Positions 28,696 to 37,067 of a DNA stretch of 39,730 nt are shown here, piece after piece. The stretch is taken from the NCBI GenBank assembly GCA_049472445.1, contig JBLIRT010000005.1, forward strand, positions 1 through 39,730, written 5' to 3'. Under the pieces are notes generated by a model. The model saw only the letters and a program-made list of their open reading frames with translations, was not told the DNA's origin and made no database searches. Position numbers and translations under genes: made by a program. Position 1 is the first letter of the stretch. Each line of letters starts with the position of its first letter. Origin of the DNA: a bacterium. GTDB lineage: Bacteria > SZUA-182 > DTGQ01.

Positions 28696-28712
28696 ATGGT
28701 ATAAATCTTGCT
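28696..28712 (+). promoter_or_regulatory. sigma54 (-24/-12) promoter for the cytochrome c/Rieske cluster
   Basis: ATGGTATAAATCTTGCT has TGG-N10-GC with TTGC. Confidence 0.7.
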
Positions 28713-28864
28713 CTTTTTTCGGCCCGATTATTCTGCTTTCAAATCATGGGGGATAATAACTATGCGACGATGTAATAAGAGGGGGGAAAATTATCTTTAC
28801 TGAAATAGCATCTTATTTTAAAAAAAGATTCATTATCTGATAGGCCTGAAAGGAGTGAGCTTGC

Positions 28865-29251
28865 ATGCGGTCTAAGGGGGGTATAGGAATAGCCATGTTT
28901 GTTCTGGGATTTTTGACGGCTGTAACGATGCCATATGGAGTCGCACGGAATGCGTACGCCCAAGGTAATAAGAAAAAAGATGTGTTGCAACTGGCTGAGG
29001 CCGGCAAGGTTTTACTCAGGGAAGGAAATTGCCTCATGTGCCACTCCTTGAATGGGGAGGGCGGGAACTCTGGAAAGGCTACAGATATAAGCGGCCTGGG
29101 TATACGCTATGAGCGGTCCGATTTGCGGGAATTGTTAATTAAGCATCTTTTTAAAAAGCCTGACATCAAAAGGTATGAGGGAGTATTTACTGAAGAAGAC
29201 ATTGAGGCACTGACTCAATATCTTTCCACCGTAAAAAATCCCGGCTTCTAA
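28865..29251 (+). CDS. Exported monoheme c-type cytochrome
   Basis: AAGGAG RBS; signal peptide; GKVLLREGNCLMCH; C-terminal TEEDIEALTQYL helix. Confidence 0.88.
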   Translation: MRSKGGIGIAMFVLGFLTAVTMPYGVARNAYAQGNKKKDVLQLAEAGKVLLREGNCLMCHSLNGEGGNSGKATDISGLGIRYERSDLRELLIKHLFKKPDIKRYEGVFTEEDIEALTQYLSTVKNPGF

Positions 29252-29345
29252 AAATGGTAGCCTCACTTTGGTAAAGTTATTATAACAGATAAGAAAAGCT
29301 GAAAAGGTTCTTCACTTAAGTCAAGGTACGTTGGAGCGTAATATC

Positions 29346-29816
29346 ATGGAGCTTATCGTTGTGGAATCGAATAAGACGCTGAAATCTTCTCTGGCAGCTA
29401 TGACTCGCCGGATTTTCCTGAACATTCTTTCGAAAGGAATCTGGGGAGGTATCATGGTGTATCTCCTTTATCCCATCGTCCATTTTCTCATCCCCCCTAA
29501 AGAATCTTCCCGCGACCTGGATATTGTTCAACTGAATGCGACCGAAGTTGAGGTTGGAAAAGCCAAAATCATCAGCTATCAAGATACTCCAACCATAGTT
29601 ATTAATACGAGCCAGGGAGTTCTTGCTCTTTCGGCTGTGTGTACTCATCTGGGATGTATTGTTCAATGGGATGAGAGCAAGCAGGAGATCGTTTGTCCCT
29701 GCCATGGTGCAAAGTATGACCTTAATGGAAATGTGATAACAGGCCCTGCACCGAAACCGCTAGCTATGGTCAAGGCCAGAATGATAGATGATAAAATTTA
29801 TATCGGAGAGGCTTGA
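29346..29816 (+). CDS. Rieske [2Fe-2S] protein (bc/b6f type) with a Tat-like anchor
   Basis: TRRIFL plus a TM helix; CTHLGC, CPCHG and GPAPKPL. Start uncertain (29331, 29346 or 29400). Confidence 0.92.
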   Translation: MELIVVESNKTLKSSLAAMTRRIFLNILSKGIWGGIMVYLLYPIVHFLIPPKESSRDLDIVQLNATEVEVGKAKIISYQDTPTIVINTSQGVLALSAVCTHLGCIVQWDESKQEIVCPCHGAKYDLNGNVITGPAPKPLAMVKARMIDDKIYIGEA

Positions 29817-29899
29817 TCCCACCAAAATCAGAATTTATGTTATTCGCTCTTTATTCTCACTCATTGGCTGAAGCTGAATATGGTATATGTGGAGGAACT

Positions 29900-31570
29900 A
29901 TGCGCAGCGACTTTTCACGTGGATGGTACGAAACGGTTATTCTTGCCTTGGGGGCTATTCTTACCGCTTTCTTATTTGCTTTTGGATGCGGCGGCAGTTC
30001 ATCATCTGATGATAGCCGAATCATTTCTGAATTTTCTGAAAAATCGAACCTTCCGACTGGTATTACCATTTCAGGAACATTAGGCTCTCTATTTTATGTC
30101 AAGTCTCTGTTTAAAGGGTCGGGCAACCCAGGGCCGGATGGTACGGCAGGGCCGCCCGCTAATGCTCCCGGCCCAGGCAGTATGGAAGATACATCAGGAG
30201 ATGAGGACGTATCCACGGAAACCGAATCCTCAGAGACCGATGTGGCCACAGGAAGCAGCCCTCCGGATGGCATGCCAGGCCCTCCGGCTGGCACCTCAGG
30301 CCCTTCGGATGGAACTGCCGGTCCCCCGGACGGCACCCCAGGACCTCCGGACGAAACTGCCGGCCCTCCGAATAATACGACAGGGACAGGTACCGGCCCC
30401 GGTTCAGGAAGTGGTACAGGGAGAGGCGGCAGAACCGCAGGTATCAGTATCAGTCAATATCCCCTGGCCATGGTTTTGGAGGGGACTACCTTATACGGTG
30501 TTCCTGATCTGATGGGATCTTTTAAGATTCAAACATGCCCTGCCGGAGATTATACCCTGGTTTTATATAGCTATGGAGAGGTAATAGCCAAAAAATACAT
30601 CCGCATATCTGCCAAGTACGATCTTACGTTGGGTGAAATAACAGATGTTGACGAGGATGGATTTCTGATCTGTAATGGCTTTGATGGGTATCGTTTCCCC
30701 TGGAAAGATGATGATGGGGATGGGGTTAACGATAATTTCACCGATGCTGACGGGGATGGAATAAATGATCTGACCGGCCAGGCTTATACACACGGATGTG
30801 GCTGGCAGGATGCTGACGGGGATGGGATCAATGATCATCTTATCGATGCTGATGGTGATGGAATCAATGATATTACCGGCCGTAGCTATGGTTTTACCTT
30901 TGGTTTCATTGATCAGAATGATGATGGATTACATGATCTTTTTCAGGATAATAATGGAGATGGAATTAATGATCTTCATGGAGTGGCTTATGCCCATGGA
31001 TTCGGCTGGCAGGATGCTGATGATAATGGGATAAATGATAATTTTACTGATGCTGATGGCGATGGAGCCAACGATCTGACCGGCCGACCGGTTATTTATG
31101 GATATCGGTTTGGATTTGTCGATTCAAATGGAGATGGAATCAACGACAACTTTGCTGATGCTGATGGAGACGGAATCTGTGATCAGGGAACGCCCTGCCA
31201 GGGAATGCCTTACGCCCATGGATTCGGCTGGCAGGATGCTGATGATAACGGAATCAACGATAATTTCACCGATGCTGACGGGGATGGAGTCAGAGATCTG
31301 ACCGGCCTGGGCTATACATATGGAAGAGATCGATACAGCTTTCATGACCAGGATGGAGACGGGCAAAATGATTCTTTCATGGACAGGAACGGTGACGGCA
31401 TCAATGATAAGTTTGCCGATGCCAACGGTGATGGTATCAATGATCTGGAAGAGGGGGATTCCTTCCGTCATGGCTTTGGCTGGCAGGATGAGAATAGAGA
31501 TGGAATCAATGATAATTTTACCGATACTGATGGCGATGGTATCAACGATCTTACAGGAATTCCTTATTGA
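29900..31570 (+). CDS. Lipoprotein with a Pro/Gly-rich linker and many DxDGDG Ca-binding-type repeats
   Basis: GGAGGA RBS before ATG 29900; lipobox FAFG-C; DGTAGPP repeats; repeated HGFGWQDADDNGINDNFTDADGDG units. Confidence 0.82.
   Translation: MRSDFSRGWYETVILALGAILTAFLFAFGCGGSSSSDDSRIISEFSEKSNLPTGITISGTLGSLFYVKSLFKGSGNPGPDGTAGPPANAPGPGSMEDTSGDEDVSTETESSETDVATGSSPPDGMPGPPAGTSGPSDGTAGPPDGTPGPPDETAGPPNNTTGTGTGPGSGSGTGRGGRTAGISISQYPLAMVLEGTTLYGVPDLMGSFKIQTCPAGDYTLVLYSYGEVIAKKYIRISAKYDLTLGEITDVDEDGFLICNGFDGYRFPWKDDDGDGVNDNFTDADGDGINDLTGQAYTHGCGWQDADGDGINDHLIDADGDGINDITGRSYGFTFGFIDQNDDGLHDLFQDNNGDGINDLHGVAYAHGFGWQDADDNGINDNFTDADGDGANDLTGRPVIYGYRFGFVDSNGDGINDNFADADGDGICDQGTPCQGMPYAHGFGWQDADDNGINDNFTDADGDGVRDLTGLGYTYGRDRYSFHDQDGDGQNDSFMDRNGDGINDKFADANGDGINDLEEGDSFRHGFGWQDENRDGINDNFTDTDGDGINDLTGIPY
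30705..31560 (+). repeat. Intragenic tandem repeats encoding D-x-D-G-D-G-I-N-D units
   Basis: GCCCATGGATTCGGCTGGCAGGATGCTGATGATAA recurs at about 30992 and 31214; degenerate units of roughly 32-40 aa throughout. Confidence 0.8.
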
Positions 31571-31897
31571 AATAAGAATATGCTCACCCAATAATAGCTC
31601 CAGGAGAAGCCTATGATAAAGGTTATGTTCAGACTTCCGCGTTCTGGTTTCTGAAATGGAGAAGTATGAAGAAGTATGTACCGAAAAATAAATCGAGATG
31701 TTCGTTCAATGTCTATCCGTCCTGAAGGCTTCATCTCCGAAATAAGCTATGCTTTGGCTATAATATTTAATATGCTGTTTATCTTATGAAAAAGGTAAAG
31801 TATGATAGATCGACATCAATGTTTTCATGTCTTAACTCTGTTGGGGGCGCTCCAGGTAAGGTACTTTTCTAGGTAAAATACTTATGATGGGATATGT

Positions 31898-33205
31898 ATG
31901 AATAGATACAGAGGAAAATTCATTACCTTACTTGGCCTTTTTTTGGTGATACTGATTATCTTTCAGGGGATTGGAAAAGCGGCCGGGCAAAGTGATGCGG
32001 AGAAAAAATCTAGCAGGAAAAGCCCAAAAAAGAAAAAAATCACCTGCATCACCTGTCATAATCACCTGGGTAAAGACAAAGCCGAATGGGTTAAACAGTG
32101 GCAGGAAAGTGTCCATGGGAAAAGCGATGTCTCGTGTCCGGACTGCCATGGGGGAAATCCTGCTTCCTTTAATAAGCCTAAAATCGAGGGAACAAATTTT
32201 AGAGGAAAGCCTTCACGTCTGGAAATTCCCGAATTTTGTGGTTCCTGCCATTCAGACCCCGCCCGGATGCGGCAGTTTCAAAAACGAATCGATCAGCTTG
32301 CCCAATATAAAACCAGCAGGCATGGGATAGGTTTGTTTCAGGCTAAGGATACGAAGGTAGCCGTATGTGTAGATTGCCATGGAAGACATGATATCGCCAA
32401 AGTCAGTGAATCTTCCTCTCCGGCTCATCATGGGAACATTGCCGAAACCTGCGGTGGATGCCACGCCAACAGCGATTACATGTCGCCCTATGGCCTTCCC
32501 ACAGATCAACTTACCTGCTACTATAAGAGTTACCACGGGATGATTATGAAAAATAAGATAGAAGGCAAAAATCCATCCCTGGTGCCCTCCTGCCCGGATT
32601 GTCACAGTCCTCATGGGCCTAAACCACCTGAAGTGTCTGAAGTGTCCAACATTTGTGGAAATTGTCATATGAATACGGCCAAATATTTTCATGAGGGAGA
32701 ACATAAAATCGCCCTGGAAGAACAAAACACTCCCAGATGCATTGATTGCCATGATAATCACGAGATAATTTTTCCCACCACCGAACTTTTTACGGGAGAA
32801 TCAGAGCATCATTGCGGCTTTTGCCATGCGACCACCTCGGAAGCTTATCAAAGGGGGCTTCGAATGAAAAAGGCACTGGAAAAGGCGGAGCAGGAAATAC
32901 ATGAAATAGAAAAAATAACTCACCAGCTTCAAAAAAAGCCTGGATATGACCCAAGGGACTTCGAAGAAAACATCCAGAAAGCCAAGCAAAGTATGGTACA
33001 GGCCATTCCGATAACTCACGTATTAAAAGAGGAAGAGGTAGCCCAATATACGGATGAAGCCCTTGCTTTCACACAAGATATCAGACACATGATTGATAGG
33101 GTAGGTGAGGAGTTAAGGAAGAGAAAAAAGTACCTTATGGCCAGTCTGGTAATTATTCTCATGATCATTTGCTTTTTATGGTATAAGCGGTCACGCATTG
33201 CCTAA
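31898..33205 (+). CDS. Multiheme cytochrome c (9 CxxCH) with a coiled coil and a C-terminal membrane anchor
   Basis: CITCH, CPDCH, CGSCH, CVDCH, CGGCH, CPDCH, CGNCH, CIDCH, CGFCH; N-terminal signal; C-terminal TM followed by YKRSR. Confidence 0.92.
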   Translation: MNRYRGKFITLLGLFLVILIIFQGIGKAAGQSDAEKKSSRKSPKKKKITCITCHNHLGKDKAEWVKQWQESVHGKSDVSCPDCHGGNPASFNKPKIEGTNFRGKPSRLEIPEFCGSCHSDPARMRQFQKRIDQLAQYKTSRHGIGLFQAKDTKVAVCVDCHGRHDIAKVSESSSPAHHGNIAETCGGCHANSDYMSPYGLPTDQLTCYYKSYHGMIMKNKIEGKNPSLVPSCPDCHSPHGPKPPEVSEVSNICGNCHMNTAKYFHEGEHKIALEEQNTPRCIDCHDNHEIIFPTTELFTGESEHHCGFCHATTSEAYQRGLRMKKALEKAEQEIHEIEKITHQLQKKPGYDPRDFEENIQKAKQSMVQAIPITHVLKEEEVAQYTDEALAFTQDIRHMIDRVGEELRKRKKYLMASLVIILMIICFLWYKRSRIA

Positions 33206-33488
33206 ACTGGCCATCCTCATCGTTCAGGCAACGAAAACCTTTCCTGATACCCCGCCCGATTCAGCCTTGTTTAGCCGTCTTTAAGCTGTTAAAAACACAG
33301 CTCGTAAAAGAAGTCATGATTCCAGCCTGGGGAACATCTGACTCAATACATACTTTTTTTTATCAGACCGATTAACTAACAGAGGGCAGAAAGGGTATTT
33401 TTCCCTTTATTGGTGAACGTGTTAAAAGGCTTTATGAAAAGAAGAAAAATAGTATAATAGAACATGAAGGGTTGAGGGGGTGAGACAC

Positions 33489-33950
33489 ATGAAGGGATTG
33501 AAATCACTTTCAGTATGTGTGATGCTCTTTTCCCTGGCTCTGGCCGGGTGTGCCCACGTGATTTCCGGTGAATCAAGAAGATTGGCGGCAACGAACGTCC
33601 CATTCCAATGGATCGCCCATAATCCTGAAGGATACAAAGGCGTTTTCGTTATCTGGGGTGGCCAGATCATTGAAACCCGGAACCTGCGGGAAGGGGCACA
33701 TCTTGTTATTTTGCAGAGGCCCCTTGGGTACTCTGAAGAGCCTCTTATAGAGAGCAATTCGGGAGGCCGTTTTCTGGTCCTGTATAAGGGATTTTTAGAT
33801 CCGTCTATCTATCAGAGTGGAAAGATAGTTACCGTGGCTGGAATCATCGAAGGCGAAAAGACATTGCCGCTCGATGAAATCGAATATAGATATCCTTACC
33901 TGAATGCCAAAGAGATTCACCTTTGGAAACGGAGTGAATTGAGCTGGTAA
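33489..33950 (+). CDS. Slp-family outer membrane lipoprotein
   Basis: LAGC lipobox; VIWGGQII, GGRFL, GFLDPSIY..GKIVTVAG, YRYP, IHLW. Confidence 0.9.
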   Translation: MKGLKSLSVCVMLFSLALAGCAHVISGESRRLAATNVPFQWIAHNPEGYKGVFVIWGGQIIETRNLREGAHLVILQRPLGYSEEPLIESNSGGRFLVLYKGFLDPSIYQSGKIVTVAGIIEGEKTLPLDEIEYRYPYLNAKEIHLWKRSELSW

Positions 33951-34053
33951 ATTACAGGCCTTAAAAAAACGGGTACGAAGTGCCGAAAACCTCTCTTTGG
34001 TGCAGCGGTTCTGCCTGTTGCCGGAGGTTTCCGGATAAGCTTTACGTGGGAAG

Positions 34054-34099
34054 GCCCATTACCTGCTGATCATTTTCAAGGTAATGGGTTTTTCGTTTT
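34054..34099 (+). terminator. Intrinsic terminator downstream of the Slp gene
   Basis: GCCCATTACCT...AGGTAATGGGT followed by TTTTCGTTTT. Confidence 0.7.
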
Positions 34100-34219
34100 A
34101 AAGAGTTTGAAGTTCTTGCCTTTACCAGTCGATAAGAGAGTTGTCGGCGGGCTGTCTTTCATGTATCCAGATTGATCTTCCGGCAGTGGTCCTTATGAGA
34201 CTAATTTGAAATTTTTTCC

Positions 34220-34249
34220 TTGACATTTACTCATTCTATCTATTAACCT
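34220..34249 (+). promoter_or_regulatory. Putative sigma70 promoter for the Ni/Co transporter operon
   Basis: TTGACA at 34220 after a T-rich tract; -10 candidate TAACCT at 18-nt spacing. Confidence 0.45.
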
Positions 34250-34409
34250 TATTATAAGAGCCTTAAAAAGGCTTTAAGAAAAGGAATTTATTTTTTGGAA
34301 ATTGACCATGAGCCACCGGCATGAAGCTGTGGCTCAAAAGCATGAAGCTTGAGTATCTAGAAAACCGAGCCTCTGATTTTTGTAACATTTTTATCAAAAA
34401 AGCAACGGG

Positions 34410-34459
34410 AACCACGAAGGTCCTACCAATATAAGTTAAGGATTTTCGTGGTTTTTTTT
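34410..34459 (+). terminator. Terminator/attenuator in the 5' leader of the transporter operon
   Basis: AACCACGAAGGTCCT / AGGATTTTCGTGGTT stem (with G-U pairs) running into a T8 tract, about 120 nt before the first gene and on the same strand. Confidence 0.7.
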
Positions 34460-34581
34460 ATGGGTAAAGGCAGTCCAGCCATGGAGAAGAGGCCTCTCGG
34501 GGCTATGATTCAGGATTATTCCGGAATAAGAACGTTTTTATGAACCTGTAACCAGTAACTATAACTATGGGGAGATACTTT

Positions 34582-35394
34582 ATGAAAAAGGGAAAAATGA
34601 TCTCGGTTCTTTGCGTTCTATGCTTGTTTGCTTTCGTGATGGCGGGCTCTGTTTCCGCACACTTTGGAGTGGTCAAACCGTCAGATGATATTATTACCCA
34701 GGAAGATAGTAAGACCATTCAGGTCGAGGTTAAATTCATTCATCCTCATGAAGGACATTACATGGAAATGGCCAAACCGCAGCAGTTCGGGGTCATGGCC
34801 GGCGGCCAGAAGATTGATCTGCTCAATACCTTAACGGCTCAAAAAGGAAAATGGCAGGATCAGGAACAGGAGTTTACCTACTGGAGAGCCGATTATAAGA
34901 TTAAAAGGCCTGGTGATTATACCTTTTACGTAGTGCCGACTCCATATTGGGAACCGGCCGAAGATTGTTTTATTGTTCACTATACCAAGGCCTGCGTGCA
35001 GGCGCTGGGTTTGGAAGAGGGATGGGATGAGCCTCTTGGACTGAAAACAGAGATTGTTCCTCTAACCAGACCCTATGGATTATGGGTGGGAAATATCTTT
35101 ACCGGTGTGGTGCTCGTAGATGGGAAGCCGGTTCCTGATTCAGAAGTGGAAATTGAATATCTCAATGAAGATGCTGAAAACGGCAGCTTACTCAAAGCCC
35201 CCTCAGACCCTTATATCACTCAGATTGTGAAAACAGATCGAAACGGTGTATTTTCCTATGCCATGCCAAAGGCTGGATGGTGGGGATTTGCTGCCCTGAA
35301 TGAGGACTCAAAAACCATAAAGGGACCTGACGGTAAAGAGAAACCAATAGAAATTGGAGCAGTCTATTGGGTAAAAGCTGCAGCCGTCAAGTAA
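34582..35394 (+). CDS. DUF4198-family periplasmic component of a Ni/Co transporter (NikK-like)
   Basis: Signal peptide ending VSA-H; [40 protein letters not shown]. Confidence 0.88.
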   Translation: MKKGKMISVLCVLCLFAFVMAGSVSAHFGVVKPSDDIITQEDSKTIQVEVKFIHPHEGHYMEMAKPQQFGVMAGGQKIDLLNTLTAQKGKWQDQEQEFTYWRADYKIKRPGDYTFYVVPTPYWEPAEDCFIVHYTKACVQALGLEEGWDEPLGLKTEIVPLTRPYGLWVGNIFTGVVLVDGKPVPDSEVEIEYLNEDAENGSLLKAPSDPYITQIVKTDRNGVFSYAMPKAGWWGFAALNEDSKTIKGPDGKEKPIEIGAVYWVKAAAVK

Positions 35395-35450
35395 TATTGC
35401 TTATTGAACAGGAGTGGCTTCCGGACGGCCATTCCGCACATCCGGATAAT

Positions 35451-35478
35451 CCTCCCTTGCCTCTTTCGGCAAGGGAGG
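35451..35478 (+). other. Intercistronic GC-rich hairpin
   Basis: CCTCCCTTGCC-tctttc-GGCAAGGGAGG perfect 11-bp stem with no U-tract. Confidence 0.6.
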
Positions 35479-35524
35479 TGAAGACTTTATGGAGAAATGA
35501 ACAGACAGAAAGAGGGGATTTTCA

Positions 35525-36178
35525 ATGGAGAGATTCTGTTACAGGCAGGGTAAGGTGCTGATCTTCCTCCTTACCTCTCTTTTCATGGTGCTGGCGGTTA
35601 TTTCAGACTCATATGCCCACAAGGTAAATATCTTTGCCTATGTTGAGGGTGATCTGGTTTATACGGAGAGCTACTTTCCGGATGGCCGAAAGGTTGAGGG
35701 AGGGACCGTAGAAGTTTATGACAGCATGGGAACAAAACTTCTCTCCGGTACTACTGATCAGGATGGCCGATTCAACTTCCGTCCCCCCGGGAAAGATGAT
35801 CTGAAGATTGTCCTGATAGCGAGTATGGGTCACCAAAATAGCTACACCCTCTCATCTGATGAATTAGCTGGGATTTCAGAAGGGAAAACCCATGATACAT
35901 CGGATAAAGGTGAATTGACGGGGAAGATGAGCGATGATCACAGCATCCCGGAAAATAAGCCGGTGGACGAGGCGGTCACATCCTCTCAGCCGATCAATCT
36001 TAGAGAGATCAGGAAAATTATTGATCAGTCTCTGGATCAAAAATTACAGCCGGTAGTAAGAGAATTGGCCAAGTCCCGGCATCAGGAAAGGATATCAGCT
36101 ACAGAAATCTTTGGTGGCATAGGTTATATTTTTGGTCTTATCGGCATGGCCCTGTATTTTTCAAAAAGGACTTCCTAA
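35525..36178 (+). CDS. NikL/CbiL-like accessory membrane protein
   Basis: Signal ending SYA-HKVNIFAYVEG; C-terminal IFGGIGYIFGL TM; located between DUF4198 and cbiM. Confidence 0.78.
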   Translation: MERFCYRQGKVLIFLLTSLFMVLAVISDSYAHKVNIFAYVEGDLVYTESYFPDGRKVEGGTVEVYDSMGTKLLSGTTDQDGRFNFRPPGKDDLKIVLIASMGHQNSYTLSSDELAGISEGKTHDTSDKGELTGKMSDDHSIPENKPVDEAVTSSQPINLREIRKIIDQSLDQKLQPVVRELAKSRHQERISATEIFGGIGYIFGLIGMALYFSKRTS

Positions 36179-36217
36179 TCACAGAGTACTTGAGCGTTTT
36201 CTCAAAAAGGAGTCTAC

Positions 36218-36832
36218 ATGCATATTTCTGATGGAGTGTTGCCTAATACGATCTGTATCGGCGGATATCTTCTGGCCATGGGGGTAAGTGCCGTATGCAT
36301 TAAGAAGTGCATGGAACCGAAAGAACTTCCCAAAATAGCAGTTATGACCTCTGTCTTCTTTGTAGCTTCCCTGATCAGCGTTCCGCTCGGCCCCACCAGT
36401 GTTCATCTTATCCTGCCGGGCCTGGTGGGAGTTACCCTGGGCGCCATGGCCTTTCCATCAGTTATGTTAGGTCTGGTCTTACAATCCATTCTCTTTCAGC
36501 ATGGCGGATTGACTGCCATCGGGGCCAATACCCTGATGATGGGCATACCGGCTATCATGAGCGGCCTCTTATTCCGGCAGGTCAGGAATTCAGACAATCG
36601 AAGCTTTATAATAAGTACCGGTTCTTTCTGCGGTGCCCTGGGGACCTTGCTGGCCGGTATCATACTGGCCCTTCTTTTATTCACCTCCGGTGAGGATTTC
36701 CTTGGAGTGGCCAAGGTGGCTCTGGCAGCTCACGTACCGGTCATCATCATTGAAGCTGTTATAACCGGTGTGGTGGTATCCTTTCTTCTGAAGGTGAAGC
36801 CAGACCTTATAGGAGCACGGAGAAGACCATGA
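36218..36832 (+). CDS. cbiM: Ni/Co ECF transporter S-component CbiM/NikM
   Basis: N-terminal MHISDGVL metal-binding motif, TSVHL, LQSILFQHGGLTAIGAN, HVPVIIIEAVITG. Confidence 0.92.
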   Translation: MHISDGVLPNTICIGGYLLAMGVSAVCIKKCMEPKELPKIAVMTSVFFVASLISVPLGPTSVHLILPGLVGVTLGAMAFPSVMLGLVLQSILFQHGGLTAIGANTLMMGIPAIMSGLLFRQVRNSDNRSFIISTGSFCGALGTLLAGIILALLLFTSGEDFLGVAKVALAAHVPVIIIEAVITGVVVSFLLKVKPDLIGARRRP

Positions 36833-37035
36833 TTGCCCTTTTTTCTTTTCTTTTTTCGATCCTTGGATTCCCCGGAGGGCTTAACGTAGTCTATGCTCTG
36901 GCCAGTGGAGATGAGGCACTCATAGTTCATCGTATTGAGCTGCCGACCTATTTTCTCCTCTTTATTATTCTCGGATTGATGGCCATTGCCTGGGGAGTTT
37001 TGAAAATTTTCCGCCATGTGGACCATGACCGTTAA
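36829..37035 (+). CDS. Small membrane protein coupled to cbiM
   Basis: ATGA overlap with the cbiM stop; two hydrophobic segments; ends RHVDHDR. Confidence 0.55.
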   Translation: MIALFSFLFSILGFPGGLNVVYALASGDEALIVHRIELPTYFLLFIILGLMAIAWGVLKIFRHVDHDR

Positions 37036-37067
37036 AAATCCATGATCCCGAAGACAGGGGCATTTTT

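Noticed and set aside
30705-31560. CRISPR-like or non-coding repeat array
   Set aside because: The repeats are in-frame, vary at synonymous positions and encode DxDGDG loops.
34400-34460. T-box riboswitch (GGGAACCACG before a terminator)
   Set aside because: It lacks the UGGN-ACC antiterminator bulge and recognisable stem I motifs, and the downstream genes are not amino-acid related.
33960-34560. Cobalamin or NiCo riboswitch upstream of the ECF operon
   Set aside because: Only an isolated GGGAAGG is present. I could not find the AGGGAA..GGTG.AA.TCC / GCCACTG / AGACC motifs or the NiCo CUGAGCAGG..GGGACAG motifs by eye. An Rfam search would be decisive.
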